This document shows, piece by piece, positions 9,742 to 19,000 of a stretch of 64,000 bases of DNA. This stretch comes from Minisyncoccota bacterium (GTDB lineage: Bacteria > Patescibacteriota > Minisyncoccia > Phycocordibacterales > UBA9973). The position numbers and the translations under genes are program-made. The stretch is from positions 543,834 to 607,833 of the forward strand of contig JAQULK010000001.1 in the NCBI GenBank assembly GCA_028718635.1, in the 5' to 3' direction. The notes under the pieces were generated by a model. It searched no databases. It saw only the letters and a list, made by a program, of their open reading frames with translations, and was not told the DNA's origin. Position 1 is the first letter of the stretch. Each line of letters starts with the position of its first letter.

Positions 9742-10317
9742 TTGCCTTATAACAATAAAAACAAAAAATCTTTAGCCTATATAATTGGTGTTTCTTTGGG
9801 AGATGGAAATTTATCCAATGCGAACGGACGTGCTGTAAGACTAAGAGTAACTTGTGACAAAAAGTATCCACTGCTAATAAAAAATATAGTAAAAAATTTG
9901 GAGAACATTTTTATAAAAAATAAGGTTTCCATAGTGGACAGAGTTAACGCCGTAGATGTTTCTGTATATTCAAATGATTTAGAAGATTTATTAGGCTGGA
10001 AGGCAAAAAATGGATCTAAGATAAAACAACGAGTGTGTATTCCAGATTGGATTAAGGAAAATGAAATCTACCAAAAGGAGTGTATTCGAGGGTTATTTCA
10101 AACAGACGGATCTTTGTATTTTGACAGAGGATATAAAATGGCTAATTTTACATCTGCATGTATTACATTAATTCAGGATGTTAGCGAGATACTTAATTCT
10201 TTGGGTTTTAATGTTAAATCAAGAAAAGTTATTGATAAGGGCAAGATTAAATATGTCATTAGAATTTCTAAAGATGTAGAGGTTTTTGTTGAAACTGTCA
10301 ATTTTTGGAAATTGTAA
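9742..10317 (+). CDS. LAGLIDADG-family (two-motif) endonuclease-like protein
   Basis: LAYIIGVSLGDG and CIRGLFQTDGS motifs; probable TTG start just after the tRNA (the track extends the ORF into the tRNA). Confidence 0.85.
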   Translation: MPYNNKNKKSLAYIIGVSLGDGNLSNANGRAVRLRVTCDKKYPLLIKNIVKNLENIFIKNKVSIVDRVNAVDVSVYSNDLEDLLGWKAKNGSKIKQRVCIPDWIKENEIYQKECIRGLFQTDGSLYFDRGYKMANFTSACITLIQDVSEILNSLGFNVKSRKVIDKGKIKYVIRISKDVEVFVETVNFWKL

Positions 10318-10331
10318 CTATATTTAAGAAG

Positions 10332-10369
10332 TTATCCACATTTGCATTATATCATATATGATATATAGT
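10332..10369 (+). promoter_or_regulatory. promoter with palindromic operator upstream of the phosphatase-murA unit
   Basis: TTATCCACA, -35 TTGCAT (10342), 18-bp palindrome TATATCATATATGATATA (10348-10365), -10 TATAGT (10364). Confidence 0.65.
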
Positions 10370-10930
10370 TTATATGTGGGAAAATTATATGTAGTTAGGC
10401 ATGGAGAAATTGATTACAATATTCAAGGAAGATACGCTGGCTCTGTTGATGTTGAACTGAATAAAAAAGGAATACAACAAGCGCACGACACCGCCAACAA
10501 AGCTTCTCAATTAAATATTGATTTAATTATAACTTCTCCCCTAAAAAGATGTACGCGAATGGCGAACATTATTCAAAAAGTTATTAATGTGCCAGTCCAT
10601 AATTCAAATGAATTTTGTGAAAGAAACGTCGGGGTTTTTGAAGGTTTAACGCGTGAGGAAGCAAAGAAAAATTACCCTGAATTGTGGGCAAAAAATATTA
10701 CCAGGATTTACGACGATGCTCCACTTGGCGGAGAAACAATCAAGGAGGTAGAAAAAAGAGTTTATATCGGACTTCAGAAAATCAAAAAAAAATATAATGA
10801 TAAAAATACTCTTATTGTCACGCATGCTTTTGTTGGTAAAATAATACATAAGTTTTTTAACGAAATGAACGAGAAACAATTTTTTGAATACAAACTTGAT
10901 AATGCCAAAGTGGTGGAATACAATTTATAA
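10358..10930 (+). CDS. histidine phosphatase (phosphoglycerate mutase) family protein
   Basis: VVRHGE, SPLKRC, ERNVGVFEG, GGET, IVTH; true start may be GTG 10376. Confidence 0.92.
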   Translation: MIYSLYVGKLYVVRHGEIDYNIQGRYAGSVDVELNKKGIQQAHDTANKASQLNIDLIITSPLKRCTRMANIIQKVINVPVHNSNEFCERNVGVFEGLTREEAKKNYPELWAKNITRIYDDAPLGGETIKEVEKRVYIGLQKIKKKYNDKNTLIVTHAFVGKIIHKFFNEMNEKQFFEYKLDNAKVVEYNL

Positions 10931-10944
10931 ATTATTAGAAATAT

Positions 10945-12453
10945 ATGCAAAATACCCAACAAAAACAAATAGGAGAATTTATTAAAAATTTAAGAGAACA
11001 AAGAGGTTTAACGCAGGGAGAATTTGCCAAAGCTCTTTTTACTTCTCAAAGCGCTGTAGCTCGCATGGAAAAAGGCGAACAGAATTTTTCTACAGAAATT
11101 TTAACAAAAATAAGCAATGTACTAGATCATAAAATGGTTTGCATAAATGATTCAATTGACTTCCAAGTAAACGGCGGGAAGAAATTGAGTGGAACCATTA
11201 AGACAAATTTTTCTAAAAATGGTTCAGTTGGGCTACTTTGCGCTTCCCTATTAAATAAAGGCACGACTACCCTGCACGGTATTGCTAGAATCGAAGAGGT
11301 AAACAGGGTGATAGAAATATTGGAAAGCATAGGAGTCGCAGTAAAATGGTCAGACCAAAATACAGTAATTATTAAGCCCCCAAAAAAGTTTAATTTAAAA
11401 GATATAAATATTGAATCGGCTATTAAGACTCGTTCTGTTGTAATGCTGATGGGACCGCTCGTTCATTATCTTTCTTCTTTTTCCTTGCCTCATGCGCACG
11501 GTTGCAGTCTAGGCAAACGCACGGTGGCCGCTCATATTTATGCCCTGGAAAACCTTGGAATAAAAATAAAAACCACAGAAAAAACTTATGATATCACCGC
11601 AAAAAAATTAAAACCTAGTGAAATAGTGATGTATGAATCGGGAGATACTGCTTGTGAAAATATTCTGACAGCAGCCGCTCTAATTTCCGGAATCACAACC
11701 ATCTCTTTTGCCAGCGCAAACTACATGGTTCAAGAAATTTGTTTTTTCCTTGAGGCTTTGGGTGTGAAAATTGACGGCATAGGCACCGCCAACCTCACAG
11801 TGCACGGAATAAAGGAAATAAATAAAGATATTGAATATTGGAACAGCGAAGACCCGATCGAGTCCATGATGTTTATTTCGGCTTGCGTTGTCACGGATTC
11901 GAAACTCACCATCACCAGATGCCCAATTGATTTTCTATCATTAGAACTCGAGAAATTAAAAAGAATGAATTTAAAATATAAAATATTGAAAAGATACTAT
12001 TCATACAACGGTCGTACCAGACTCGTCGATATTGAAATATTTCCAAGCAAATTAAAAGCATTAGATGATAAAATCCATTCAAACCCTTACCCGGGAATAA
12101 ATATAGACAATTTGCCTTTTTTTGTACCCATCGCCATACGCGCTAAAGGTCAAACCATGATTCATGATTGGGTTTATGAAGATCGCGCGATTTATTTTAC
12201 TGAATTAAATAGATTAGGTGCAAGCATTACTCTTGCAGATCCTCATCGCGTTTATATTCAAGGCGGAACGCCTCTCAAATCGGCTCAGGTAGTATGCCCG
12301 CCAGCTCTTCGCCCTTCAATGGTTATTCTTATTTCCATGCTGGGGGCTCCTGGGACTTCCATTCTTCGCAATGTTTACATGATAAACCGCGGTTATGAAG
12401 AAATAGCTAAACGACTAAACTCCGTCGGTGCAGATATTAAAATTTTGAAGTAA
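10945..12453 (+). CDS. murA: UDP-N-acetylglucosamine 1-carboxyvinyltransferase with N-terminal XRE HTH
   Basis: XRE HTH (LTQGEFAKALFTSQSAVARMEKG), SKN, GCSLGKR, PYPG, INRGYE. Confidence 0.95.
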   Translation: MQNTQQKQIGEFIKNLREQRGLTQGEFAKALFTSQSAVARMEKGEQNFSTEILTKISNVLDHKMVCINDSIDFQVNGGKKLSGTIKTNFSKNGSVGLLCASLLNKGTTTLHGIARIEEVNRVIEILESIGVAVKWSDQNTVIIKPPKKFNLKDINIESAIKTRSVVMLMGPLVHYLSSFSLPHAHGCSLGKRTVAAHIYALENLGIKIKTTEKTYDITAKKLKPSEIVMYESGDTACENILTAAALISGITTISFASANYMVQEICFFLEALGVKIDGIGTANLTVHGIKEINKDIEYWNSEDPIESMMFISACVVTDSKLTITRCPIDFLSLELEKLKRMNLKYKILKRYYSYNGRTRLVDIEIFPSKLKALDDKIHSNPYPGINIDNLPFFVPIAIRAKGQTMIHDWVYEDRAIYFTELNRLGASITLADPHRVYIQGGTPLKSAQVVCPPALRPSMVILISMLGAPGTSILRNVYMINRGYEEIAKRLNSVGADIKILK

Positions 12454-12454
12454 T

Positions 12455-12561
12455 ATTTACAACATCAACTTTTTTACGGTACGGATTTTTGGAAGCTTTA
12501 AAAATCCTGAAGTTTGCTCGCCGTCGCTCGCAAAACCCCTGCGAAAAGTTATGTTGTAAAT
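12455..12561 (+). repeat. structured repeat family B, copy 1 (3' of murA)
   Basis: Core GGTACGGATTTTT-n-AAAAATCCTGAAGTTT...CGCCGTCGC...AAACCCCT inside copy-specific inverted arms. Confidence 0.85.
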
Positions 12562-12569
12562 TTAAAAAA

Positions 12570-13445
12570 ATGAAAAAAATTATTGTAATATTGGGTCAAA
12601 CAGCTACCGGTAAAAGTGATTTGGCAGTACAGATTGCTAAAAAAATTAATGGAGAAATTGTTTCTGCTGATTCCAGGCAGGTGTATAAAGGTCTTGAGAT
12701 TGGAACCGGAAAAATTACTCGAAAAGAAATGAAGGGTGTTCCGCATCATTTACTTGATGTAGCAAACCCCAAACACAGATTTACGGTTGCAGAATATCAG
12801 AAATTAGCAATATCAGCCATAGTTGATATTGCTAAACGAGGTAAAATTCCCATAATTTGCGGAGGGACGGGATTTTATATTGACGCAATAACGAAAGGTA
12901 TTGTTTTCCCGGAAGTTCCGCCAAATATTAGGTTGAGAAAAAGTCTGGATAAAAAATCATTAACAGAATTATTGAAAATATTAAAAAAACTTGATGCAAA
13001 ACGTGTTAAGAATATAGACGTTAAAAATAAAGTCCGGTTAATTAGAGCGATTGAAATAGCAAAAGCATTGGGCAAGGTTCCGAAAATTACAGCGGTTTCA
13101 CCGCTGTATGAATTTATTAAGATAGGTTTATATCTTCCTCAAGAAAAATTAAAAAAGAAAGTAGAAAAGAGAGTAAAAAAAATGTTTAAAATGGGTTTAC
13201 TAAAAGAAATAGAAAAACTTAAAAAATCTATCCGCCTCGGCGGTTACAGCGTTTCAGAAAAAAGGTTGAAGGAATTGGGATTCGAATACTATAACCCCAC
13301 GCCAGAAAAAGTGATTTCAGAAACTCTCAAATACTCCAAACGCCAAATGACTTGGTTTAAAAAGGATAAAAATATTTATTGGATAAATGGCGCAGAACAA
13401 AACGATAATTATTTGAACATACTAGGATTTGTCGGAGGCAAGTAA
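12570..13445 (+). CDS. miaA: tRNA dimethylallyltransferase
   Basis: GQTATGKS, SADSRQVY, IGTGK, GGTGFY, YSKRQMTWF; start trimmed to ATG 12570. Confidence 0.95.
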   Translation: MKKIIVILGQTATGKSDLAVQIAKKINGEIVSADSRQVYKGLEIGTGKITRKEMKGVPHHLLDVANPKHRFTVAEYQKLAISAIVDIAKRGKIPIICGGTGFYIDAITKGIVFPEVPPNIRLRKSLDKKSLTELLKILKKLDAKRVKNIDVKNKVRLIRAIEIAKALGKVPKITAVSPLYEFIKIGLYLPQEKLKKKVEKRVKKMFKMGLLKEIEKLKKSIRLGGYSVSEKRLKELGFEYYNPTPEKVISETLKYSKRQMTWFKKDKNIYWINGAEQNDNYLNILGFVGGK

Positions 13446-14710
13446 TACATCGGGTCGAGATATGCATTTATGGGCGCTAGAGGCTGAGTCAGTGACTTTC
13501 CAGGACAAGCCTTACTCGGAAGGTTTTTCACTTCAGCCGCATTGGGAGCAAAGACAGAGACGTGCAAGTGCGGTCCAGTAGAATAGCCTGTATTCCCGCT
13601 ATAGGCCACTACCGTGCCCCTGTCTACCTTTTGCCCTACATTCACTTTTATTAAGGATAAATGCCCATAAGCGCTAGAAAGTCCATTATCGTATTTAATG
13701 AAAACAAATTTACCAAAAGAAGCCCCTGGACATTGTATATCTGTGTCTCCTATGCCGGCAACTATTCCTGAAGCCATGGATTTAACTGGTGTACCCACTG
13801 AGGCGCGGAAATCTACCCCACCATGAGAACCTGACACATAAAGTCTCTTGGAGTCGACAGTCTTGCCAAAAAGCTGAGTTATAAGTATATAATCTAACGG
13901 CCAAGAAAATACCCCAGCATTTGGCAATTTTGAAGGATCTAGAATATATTTTAATTGAGATTCATAATCCCGGAGTTCTTTTTCGATTGCATTTTTTTGA
14001 GCAAGCTTGCTTTTTAAAAGTTTTTGATAGTTGGCTTCGCTATTTTTCGTTTGAGCTAAAAGCTTATTTTTTTCTTTAGTGTTCTGCACTACGATTTTCT
14101 GCTGATCAGAAAGTTGGGATTTTAGTTTTGAAAGCTCATTTTTAGCATCGATGGTCACATTTCTAGTATCTTCCAAGGCTCCTTTTGTTTGTTTAAGCGT
14201 TATTATTTCCGCTCTAATTCTTTCACGCACGGTGATAATATTATCCATATCATTCCAAATTGTTGAGAAATCATTATTAGACAAAATGTTTTCCACTAAG
14301 CTAGTTTGCTCGGATTCATTTATATTTTTAATCTCGAGACGGATAGAATCTAAATTATTTTTTATAGAATCTTCCTTGGTGTGTATATCAGAACTCAAGC
14401 TTTGGATTGTAAAATTTGTTTTATCAATTTTCTTTTGGGTAAGGGCGATATCCGCATCCAATTTTTTTTTAGTTAAATCAAGCGCTTTAAGAGAACTGCT
14501 CAGAGAGTTTTTTTGTTGTCCAAGGCTATCTAATTGTGATTGAAAATTAGCAATCTCCTTTTCCAACTGCGCAATGTCGGAATTTTTTTGATTTATCTGA
14601 TCTTGAAGATTTTGAGCGCTTTGTGCATAGGAAAAAACAACTGGAAAAAGAAGTAAAATTATTAAAACCAGCGTATTAAACTGCTTTTTGTAATCGCGAT
14701 AATGTTTCAT
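13409..14710 (-). CDS. coiled-coil M23 family peptidase (EnvC-like architecture)
   Basis: Signal/TM segment, long coiled coil, HGGVDF, YGHLS, GNTGYSTGPHLH. Confidence 0.92.
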   Translation of the reverse strand: MKHYRDYKKQFNTLVLIILLLFPVVFSYAQSAQNLQDQINQKNSDIAQLEKEIANFQSQLDSLGQQKNSLSSSLKALDLTKKKLDADIALTQKKIDKTNFTIQSLSSDIHTKEDSIKNNLDSIRLEIKNINESEQTSLVENILSNNDFSTIWNDMDNIITVRERIRAEIITLKQTKGALEDTRNVTIDAKNELSKLKSQLSDQQKIVVQNTKEKNKLLAQTKNSEANYQKLLKSKLAQKNAIEKELRDYESQLKYILDPSKLPNAGVFSWPLDYILITQLFGKTVDSKRLYVSGSHGGVDFRASVGTPVKSMASGIVAGIGDTDIQCPGASFGKFVFIKYDNGLSSAYGHLSLIKVNVGQKVDRGTVVAYSGNTGYSTGPHLHVSVFAPNAAEVKNLPSKACPGKSLTQPLAPINAYLDPMYYLPPTNPSMFK

Positions 14711-15995
14711 TTTTTCCTAATACGGAGGCTATGGTAAACGGATCAGGTGATTTGTCCATTCCAGACAAAGCAAAACGCACTGGATGCAGCAATTCTCCCT
14801 TACTGCTCATTTTATCCGCTAGTGACATCAGCACATTTTTTATGTTTTCCTGAGAAAAATTTTCTTCTTTTAATTCTTCTAATGCTTTTATCGCTAGCTG
14901 TAAATTTTCAGACGTTTTTTCCGGAGAAGTATTCTTAAAAATTAATTTCTCCTTAGGATAATTTGGTTGTTTAAAAAATAAATCCAACTCTCCTTTTTCT
15001 ATCATTTCCTTTATATCTCCCCACTTAGAAATTCTCTCAAAAATTAATGGTACTATTTTTTTTTCTCGCATATTTTCTGGTAGACTTTTTAAGATATTTT
15101 TTTCTATTTCTTCTTTAGAAAGTAATTTCATATGCTCCTTATTTATCCAATTTAATTTATCATCGCTCCACTTTGCTCCTGAATGTTGAATTTTAGTCAA
15201 ATCAAAAACCTTAATTAATTCTTCTCTGGTGTATACTTCTTTTTCTCCGCCGGGATTAAAACCAAGGAATGCTAAATAATTTATCATGGCATCCGGTAAA
15301 TAGCCCTCCTTTTCGTAATCTAAAACATCTTTGGCGCCATCGCGTTTCCCTAGTTTTTTGTTTCCTTCCGATCCCATTATCGGAGGCGTAGTTACAAAAT
15401 ACGGAGGAGTAACGCCAAGCGCTTCATAAACAGACAAAAACTTCGGGGTTGAGGATATAAATTCTTGCCCTCGCACCACGTGAGTCACCTCCATCTCTAT
15501 GTCATCTACAATGTGCGCAAAATTATAGGTCGGATATCCGTCGCTTTTTATTAATATAAAATCATCCAGCGCCTCCGGGCCGGCAGAAAGTTCTCCCCAA
15601 ACAATATCATTCCATTCGGTGCGTTTTTTTTCTGGTATTTTAAATTTTATAGCTTGGCCATCTAAATAAGTATGCCCGGCTTTAGTGAGTTTATCCGCGT
15701 ATTTTTTATATAATTCTAATCTTTTTGATTGAATATATGGCGCATGTGGTCCTCCGATATCCGGCCCTTGATCCCAATTCAAACCAAGCCATTTTAATGA
15801 TTTTTGAATATGCTCTATTGATCCTTCGACTTCCCTTTCTTTATCTGTATCTTCTATGCGTAAAATAAATTGACCATTGTTTTTTCTAGCCAAAAGCCAA
15901 GCATAAAGCGCTGTTCGGATATTTCCGACATGAATAAAACCCGTCGGCGACGGCGCAAACCTAGTTACAACTTTTTCTGTAGTTTTTTCTTGCAT
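14676..15995 (-). CDS. gltX: glutamyl-tRNA synthetase
   Basis: TRFAPSPTG, HVGN, LRIEDTD, THVVRG, KLGKR. Confidence 0.96.
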   Translation of the reverse strand: MQEKTTEKVVTRFAPSPTGFIHVGNIRTALYAWLLARKNNGQFILRIEDTDKEREVEGSIEHIQKSLKWLGLNWDQGPDIGGPHAPYIQSKRLELYKKYADKLTKAGHTYLDGQAIKFKIPEKKRTEWNDIVWGELSAGPEALDDFILIKSDGYPTYNFAHIVDDIEMEVTHVVRGQEFISSTPKFLSVYEALGVTPPYFVTTPPIMGSEGNKKLGKRDGAKDVLDYEKEGYLPDAMINYLAFLGFNPGGEKEVYTREELIKVFDLTKIQHSGAKWSDDKLNWINKEHMKLLSKEEIEKNILKSLPENMREKKIVPLIFERISKWGDIKEMIEKGELDLFFKQPNYPKEKLIFKNTSPEKTSENLQLAIKALEELKEENFSQENIKNVLMSLADKMSSKGELLHPVRFALSGMDKSPDPFTIASVLGKNETLSRLQKAV

Positions 15996-16017
15996 GCAAT
16001 TATTTTAGCACATTTTT

Positions 16018-17148
16018 CTATTTCTCGTGGCTTAAGGCTATGTCTACCAACTCCCTAGCTATTTTTTCTGCAGCACCTTCTTTCCCAAAAGCTTTTGCAT
16101 TCTCGGCCATTTTTTTATATCCTTCCTTGTCATTTATTATTCTTTCAATTTCTAAGCTTAAAATATTAGCTGTCATATTCTCCTCCTCAATAACACTGCA
16201 AGCTCCGGCTCGCGCATAACTAAAAGCATTTTTCCTGGAGTGGTCGGCGTTTGAATTTTTAAAAGGGACCAGGATCGATGGCACGCCCCAGGAAGCTATT
16301 TCGAACAAGGTTGACCCTGCGCGCGAAACGATAACCGTGGCAGCGCCAGCTACCATTTTCATTTGCAAAGGATTTAAAAAAGGAAGAGGCAAATACCTCG
16401 CTTTATTTTTTTCTTTTTCAAGAGCAACCTCGGACTGCCCTTTAACTGTCTTAAAATTTTTAATCCCTGTTTGATGAATAATTTGATAATTTTTTATTAA
16501 TTTTGGCAATGCATCTAAGACAACATTGTTTATAAGTTGTGCACCCTGAGAACCACCAAGTATGACAATTACAGGTATGGCCTCTTCTAATTTAAAATAT
16601 TCAAACGCTTCTTTTTGCGGTGCTTTATGTTCTATTTCGGTTCTTATCGGCTGGCCTGTCCAAGCAATGGTTTTTTTAGGAAAAAATGGGGCAGACTCCG
16701 CAAAAGACACAGCGACTTTTTCGGCAAAATGCCCGGCCCAAAGATTTACGCGTCCGGGAGCAGAGTCCGATTCATGGATCAAAACAGGAATGCGTAAAAT
16801 TCTGGCTGCAAAAATCGTCGGGAAAGATGCGTATCCGCCTTTTCCAAAAACCACATCCGGATAAATCGTAAATAATTTGTAAGTGGCATTAAGAATGCCA
16901 AAAAAAACCTTAAAAATATCAATAAAATTTTGGAATGAAAAATAGGTACGCATCTTTCCAGAAATTACTTCTTCAAAAAGAAGTTCATTTTCAACAAGCA
17001 TTTTTTTGTCGTAAGGGCTATCTGAAAAATAGTAAAGTTTTGCTCCAATGATGTGTTCGGAATCTACAATTTTATTAACTTTTTGAGCGACAGCGATTAA
17101 AGGATAAAAATGCCCTCCTGTCCCCCCGCCTGTAAAAACTATTTTCAT
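16018..17148 (-). CDS. murG: undecaprenyl-PP-MurNAc-pentapeptide N-acetylglucosaminyltransferase
   Basis: GGGTGGH, KGGYAS, GGSQGA, SRAG. Confidence 0.97.
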   Translation of the reverse strand: MKIVFTGGGTGGHFYPLIAVAQKVNKIVDSEHIIGAKLYYFSDSPYDKKMLVENELLFEEVISGKMRTYFSFQNFIDIFKVFFGILNATYKLFTIYPDVVFGKGGYASFPTIFAARILRIPVLIHESDSAPGRVNLWAGHFAEKVAVSFAESAPFFPKKTIAWTGQPIRTEIEHKAPQKEAFEYFKLEEAIPVIVILGGSQGAQLINNVVLDALPKLIKNYQIIHQTGIKNFKTVKGQSEVALEKEKNKARYLPLPFLNPLQMKMVAGAATVIVSRAGSTLFEIASWGVPSILVPFKNSNADHSRKNAFSYARAGACSVIEEENMTANILSLEIERIINDKEGYKKMAENAKAFGKEGAAEKIARELVDIALSHEK

Positions 17149-17170
17149 GATTTTATTCTACCATATTTAA

Positions 17171-17222
17171 TCCCTGTAGCAGAGCGAGCCCTGCCTGCCG
17201 GCAGGCAGGGCTCGCTACGGGA
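17171..17222. repeat. TCCC...GGGA element with a nested CCTGCCTGCCGGCAGGCAGG palindrome
   Basis: TCCCTGTAGCAGAGCGAG[CCCTGCCTGCCGGCAGGCAGGG]CTCGCTACGGGA, abutting the stop of paralog 1. Confidence 0.8.
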
Positions 17223-18974
17223 CTAGTATATTTCTTGCTGATAACACCTCTCACAATAAATAATTTCAGGACGTTCCGGAGCATAACTGGTCTCAAACTC
17301 TACAGGGCATTTACCTATATGGGTATGGGTAGTCTTTTCACACATGCAGGCTCTATGCCAAAGCTTTAAGGGATTCCTTTGTTTCAGTCTTTGGTAATGT
17401 CTGCAATTAGGACAGAGATGAGGTAAAGGTAGATTCATTCTTTGGTAGAATTGGAGTTCTGGAGCAATGATTTTGAAGGCTTCGGTGCATTGTTCATTGC
17501 ATTTGCCTTGATGTTCGCATTCTATGACTTTCCCTAGGATGGATTCATCTACGTCTTGGATGTTGTCCGGAATGTCTGTTGTTTTAATGTCTAGGGTATA
17601 GTTTCTTTCTTCTGCATCTTTCCATTGGTAACCTTGTTTTAAAGCTTCTTCTTTGGTTAAAGGAAAGTATTCTTGAGCGATGGTTTCGTTGTAACAGAAA
17701 GGGCTTAATTCTGTTGGAAAGAACTCTCCGTATTGGTAGATTCTGCCTTTGGTGTCTAGGTAGGGCATATCGTTCATGTGCTTGATGATTTTGGGGACTA
17801 GTTCTTCGTATTGTTCTTTGGTGTATTGGTGGTTGAGGATGCAGTAGGATTTGTTGCGGAGACCGACGCAGGCGAAGAGGTGGATAGATCCTGAACAATT
17901 TATAGAATAAGAAATATCACTACTGTCCTTTATAAAAAAACTAAATTTATAATCGGAATTTTCATTTGATTCAAAACCTAATGCAATAGTCTCATAGACT
18001 GATTCTGCTTTTGACATTCCATAATTGTCATAGCTATCTTTTACGCCAAGGACTGAATGTGTGGTGTATTTACTATTTTCAGAATCATTTCCCAATACAT
18101 CAAAACAATATTTACAATTTCTTGCATTCCTAATATTATTCCCTGTGCATTCTTTTGTATTAATTAAAAGAGAATGTCTGTGTATAGAATTAAGATATAA
18201 ATCTTTAAATTTATCTTTGTTTTTTTGCAAAGAATCATAACTACCTAAATTTAAATTCTGAATAGTTGCCAAATATTCTTCCCTCTTCATTTGTTTATTA
18301 AAAAAACAATATTGTTTATTCTTTAAATTAGTACATCCAAAACAGTTAGTGCAATTTTTACATTCGTATAAAAAATATGAATCAACGCAATTATCAGAAT
18401 TTTTACTAAAGAATAATCTGTTTGAATTCTCGCATTGAATATCCTCATAACAAAGTTCAAGTTTTTTAGAAATAGAAATGTCTAAGGAATCTTTCATGAA
18501 GGATGAGTTGCTGGAATATAAAACATTTTCATCGTTTTTACTTCCAAATAAGAGGTAACAATTTTTATTTTCAGCAGAAAAATTACAATAATCTGAATTT
18601 ACTGGATTAGTATTAAATAAACTCATTTGTGGAACTTTATTATATAAATCCTTTAGCTGAACGAAAAAATTTTTAGAAAAATCATAATCGCTTCCAAAAG
18701 AAAAAGGATCCCAAGAATCTCCCCACCAGCAATCCTGACAGAATACATTTATGGGACTTTCTTCTGCATAAATAGAAATAATAGTTTTTTTACAAAGATT
18801 GCATTTCCTTTTATACAAAGACCTTTCATTGCGAAAGTTCATCCTTTTGACCATCCGACATTCCGGACACCATGTAGGTGGAGGCACTTTTATTTTTTTA
18901 TAGAAATTAAAATCTTCCGGCTCGATTATGAAGTCTTTTTGACAATTTTGGCATACTTTAGTTTCCGAATCCAT
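17223..18974 (-). CDS. Cys-rich zinc-ribbon/beta-repeat family protein, paralog 1
   Basis: CQNC..DF...DF.FY..IKVPPPTWCPECR N-terminus, CxxCxxCFGC repeats, YGEFFP, LPHLCPNCRH, ETSYAPERPEIIYCERCY end. Confidence 0.9.
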   Translation of the reverse strand: MDSETKVCQNCQKDFIIEPEDFNFYKKIKVPPPTWCPECRMVKRMNFRNERSLYKRKCNLCKKTIISIYAEESPINVFCQDCWWGDSWDPFSFGSDYDFSKNFFVQLKDLYNKVPQMSLFNTNPVNSDYCNFSAENKNCYLLFGSKNDENVLYSSNSSFMKDSLDISISKKLELCYEDIQCENSNRLFFSKNSDNCVDSYFLYECKNCTNCFGCTNLKNKQYCFFNKQMKREEYLATIQNLNLGSYDSLQKNKDKFKDLYLNSIHRHSLLINTKECTGNNIRNARNCKYCFDVLGNDSENSKYTTHSVLGVKDSYDNYGMSKAESVYETIALGFESNENSDYKFSFFIKDSSDISYSINCSGSIHLFACVGLRNKSYCILNHQYTKEQYEELVPKIIKHMNDMPYLDTKGRIYQYGEFFPTELSPFCYNETIAQEYFPLTKEEALKQGYQWKDAEERNYTLDIKTTDIPDNIQDVDESILGKVIECEHQGKCNEQCTEAFKIIAPELQFYQRMNLPLPHLCPNCRHYQRLKQRNPLKLWHRACMCEKTTHTHIGKCPVEFETSYAPERPEIIYCERCYQQEIY

Positions 18975-19000
18975 GGACTTAAAATTAATTATTTTTATGT

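Noticed and set aside
10332-10340. Replication origin
   Set aside because: DnaA-box matches are isolated single copies, with no cluster and no dnaA nearby.
17584-17898. 104-aa alternative-frame ORF inside paralog 1
   Set aside because: A by-product of the C-ending codon tract removing off-frame stops; no independent start signal.
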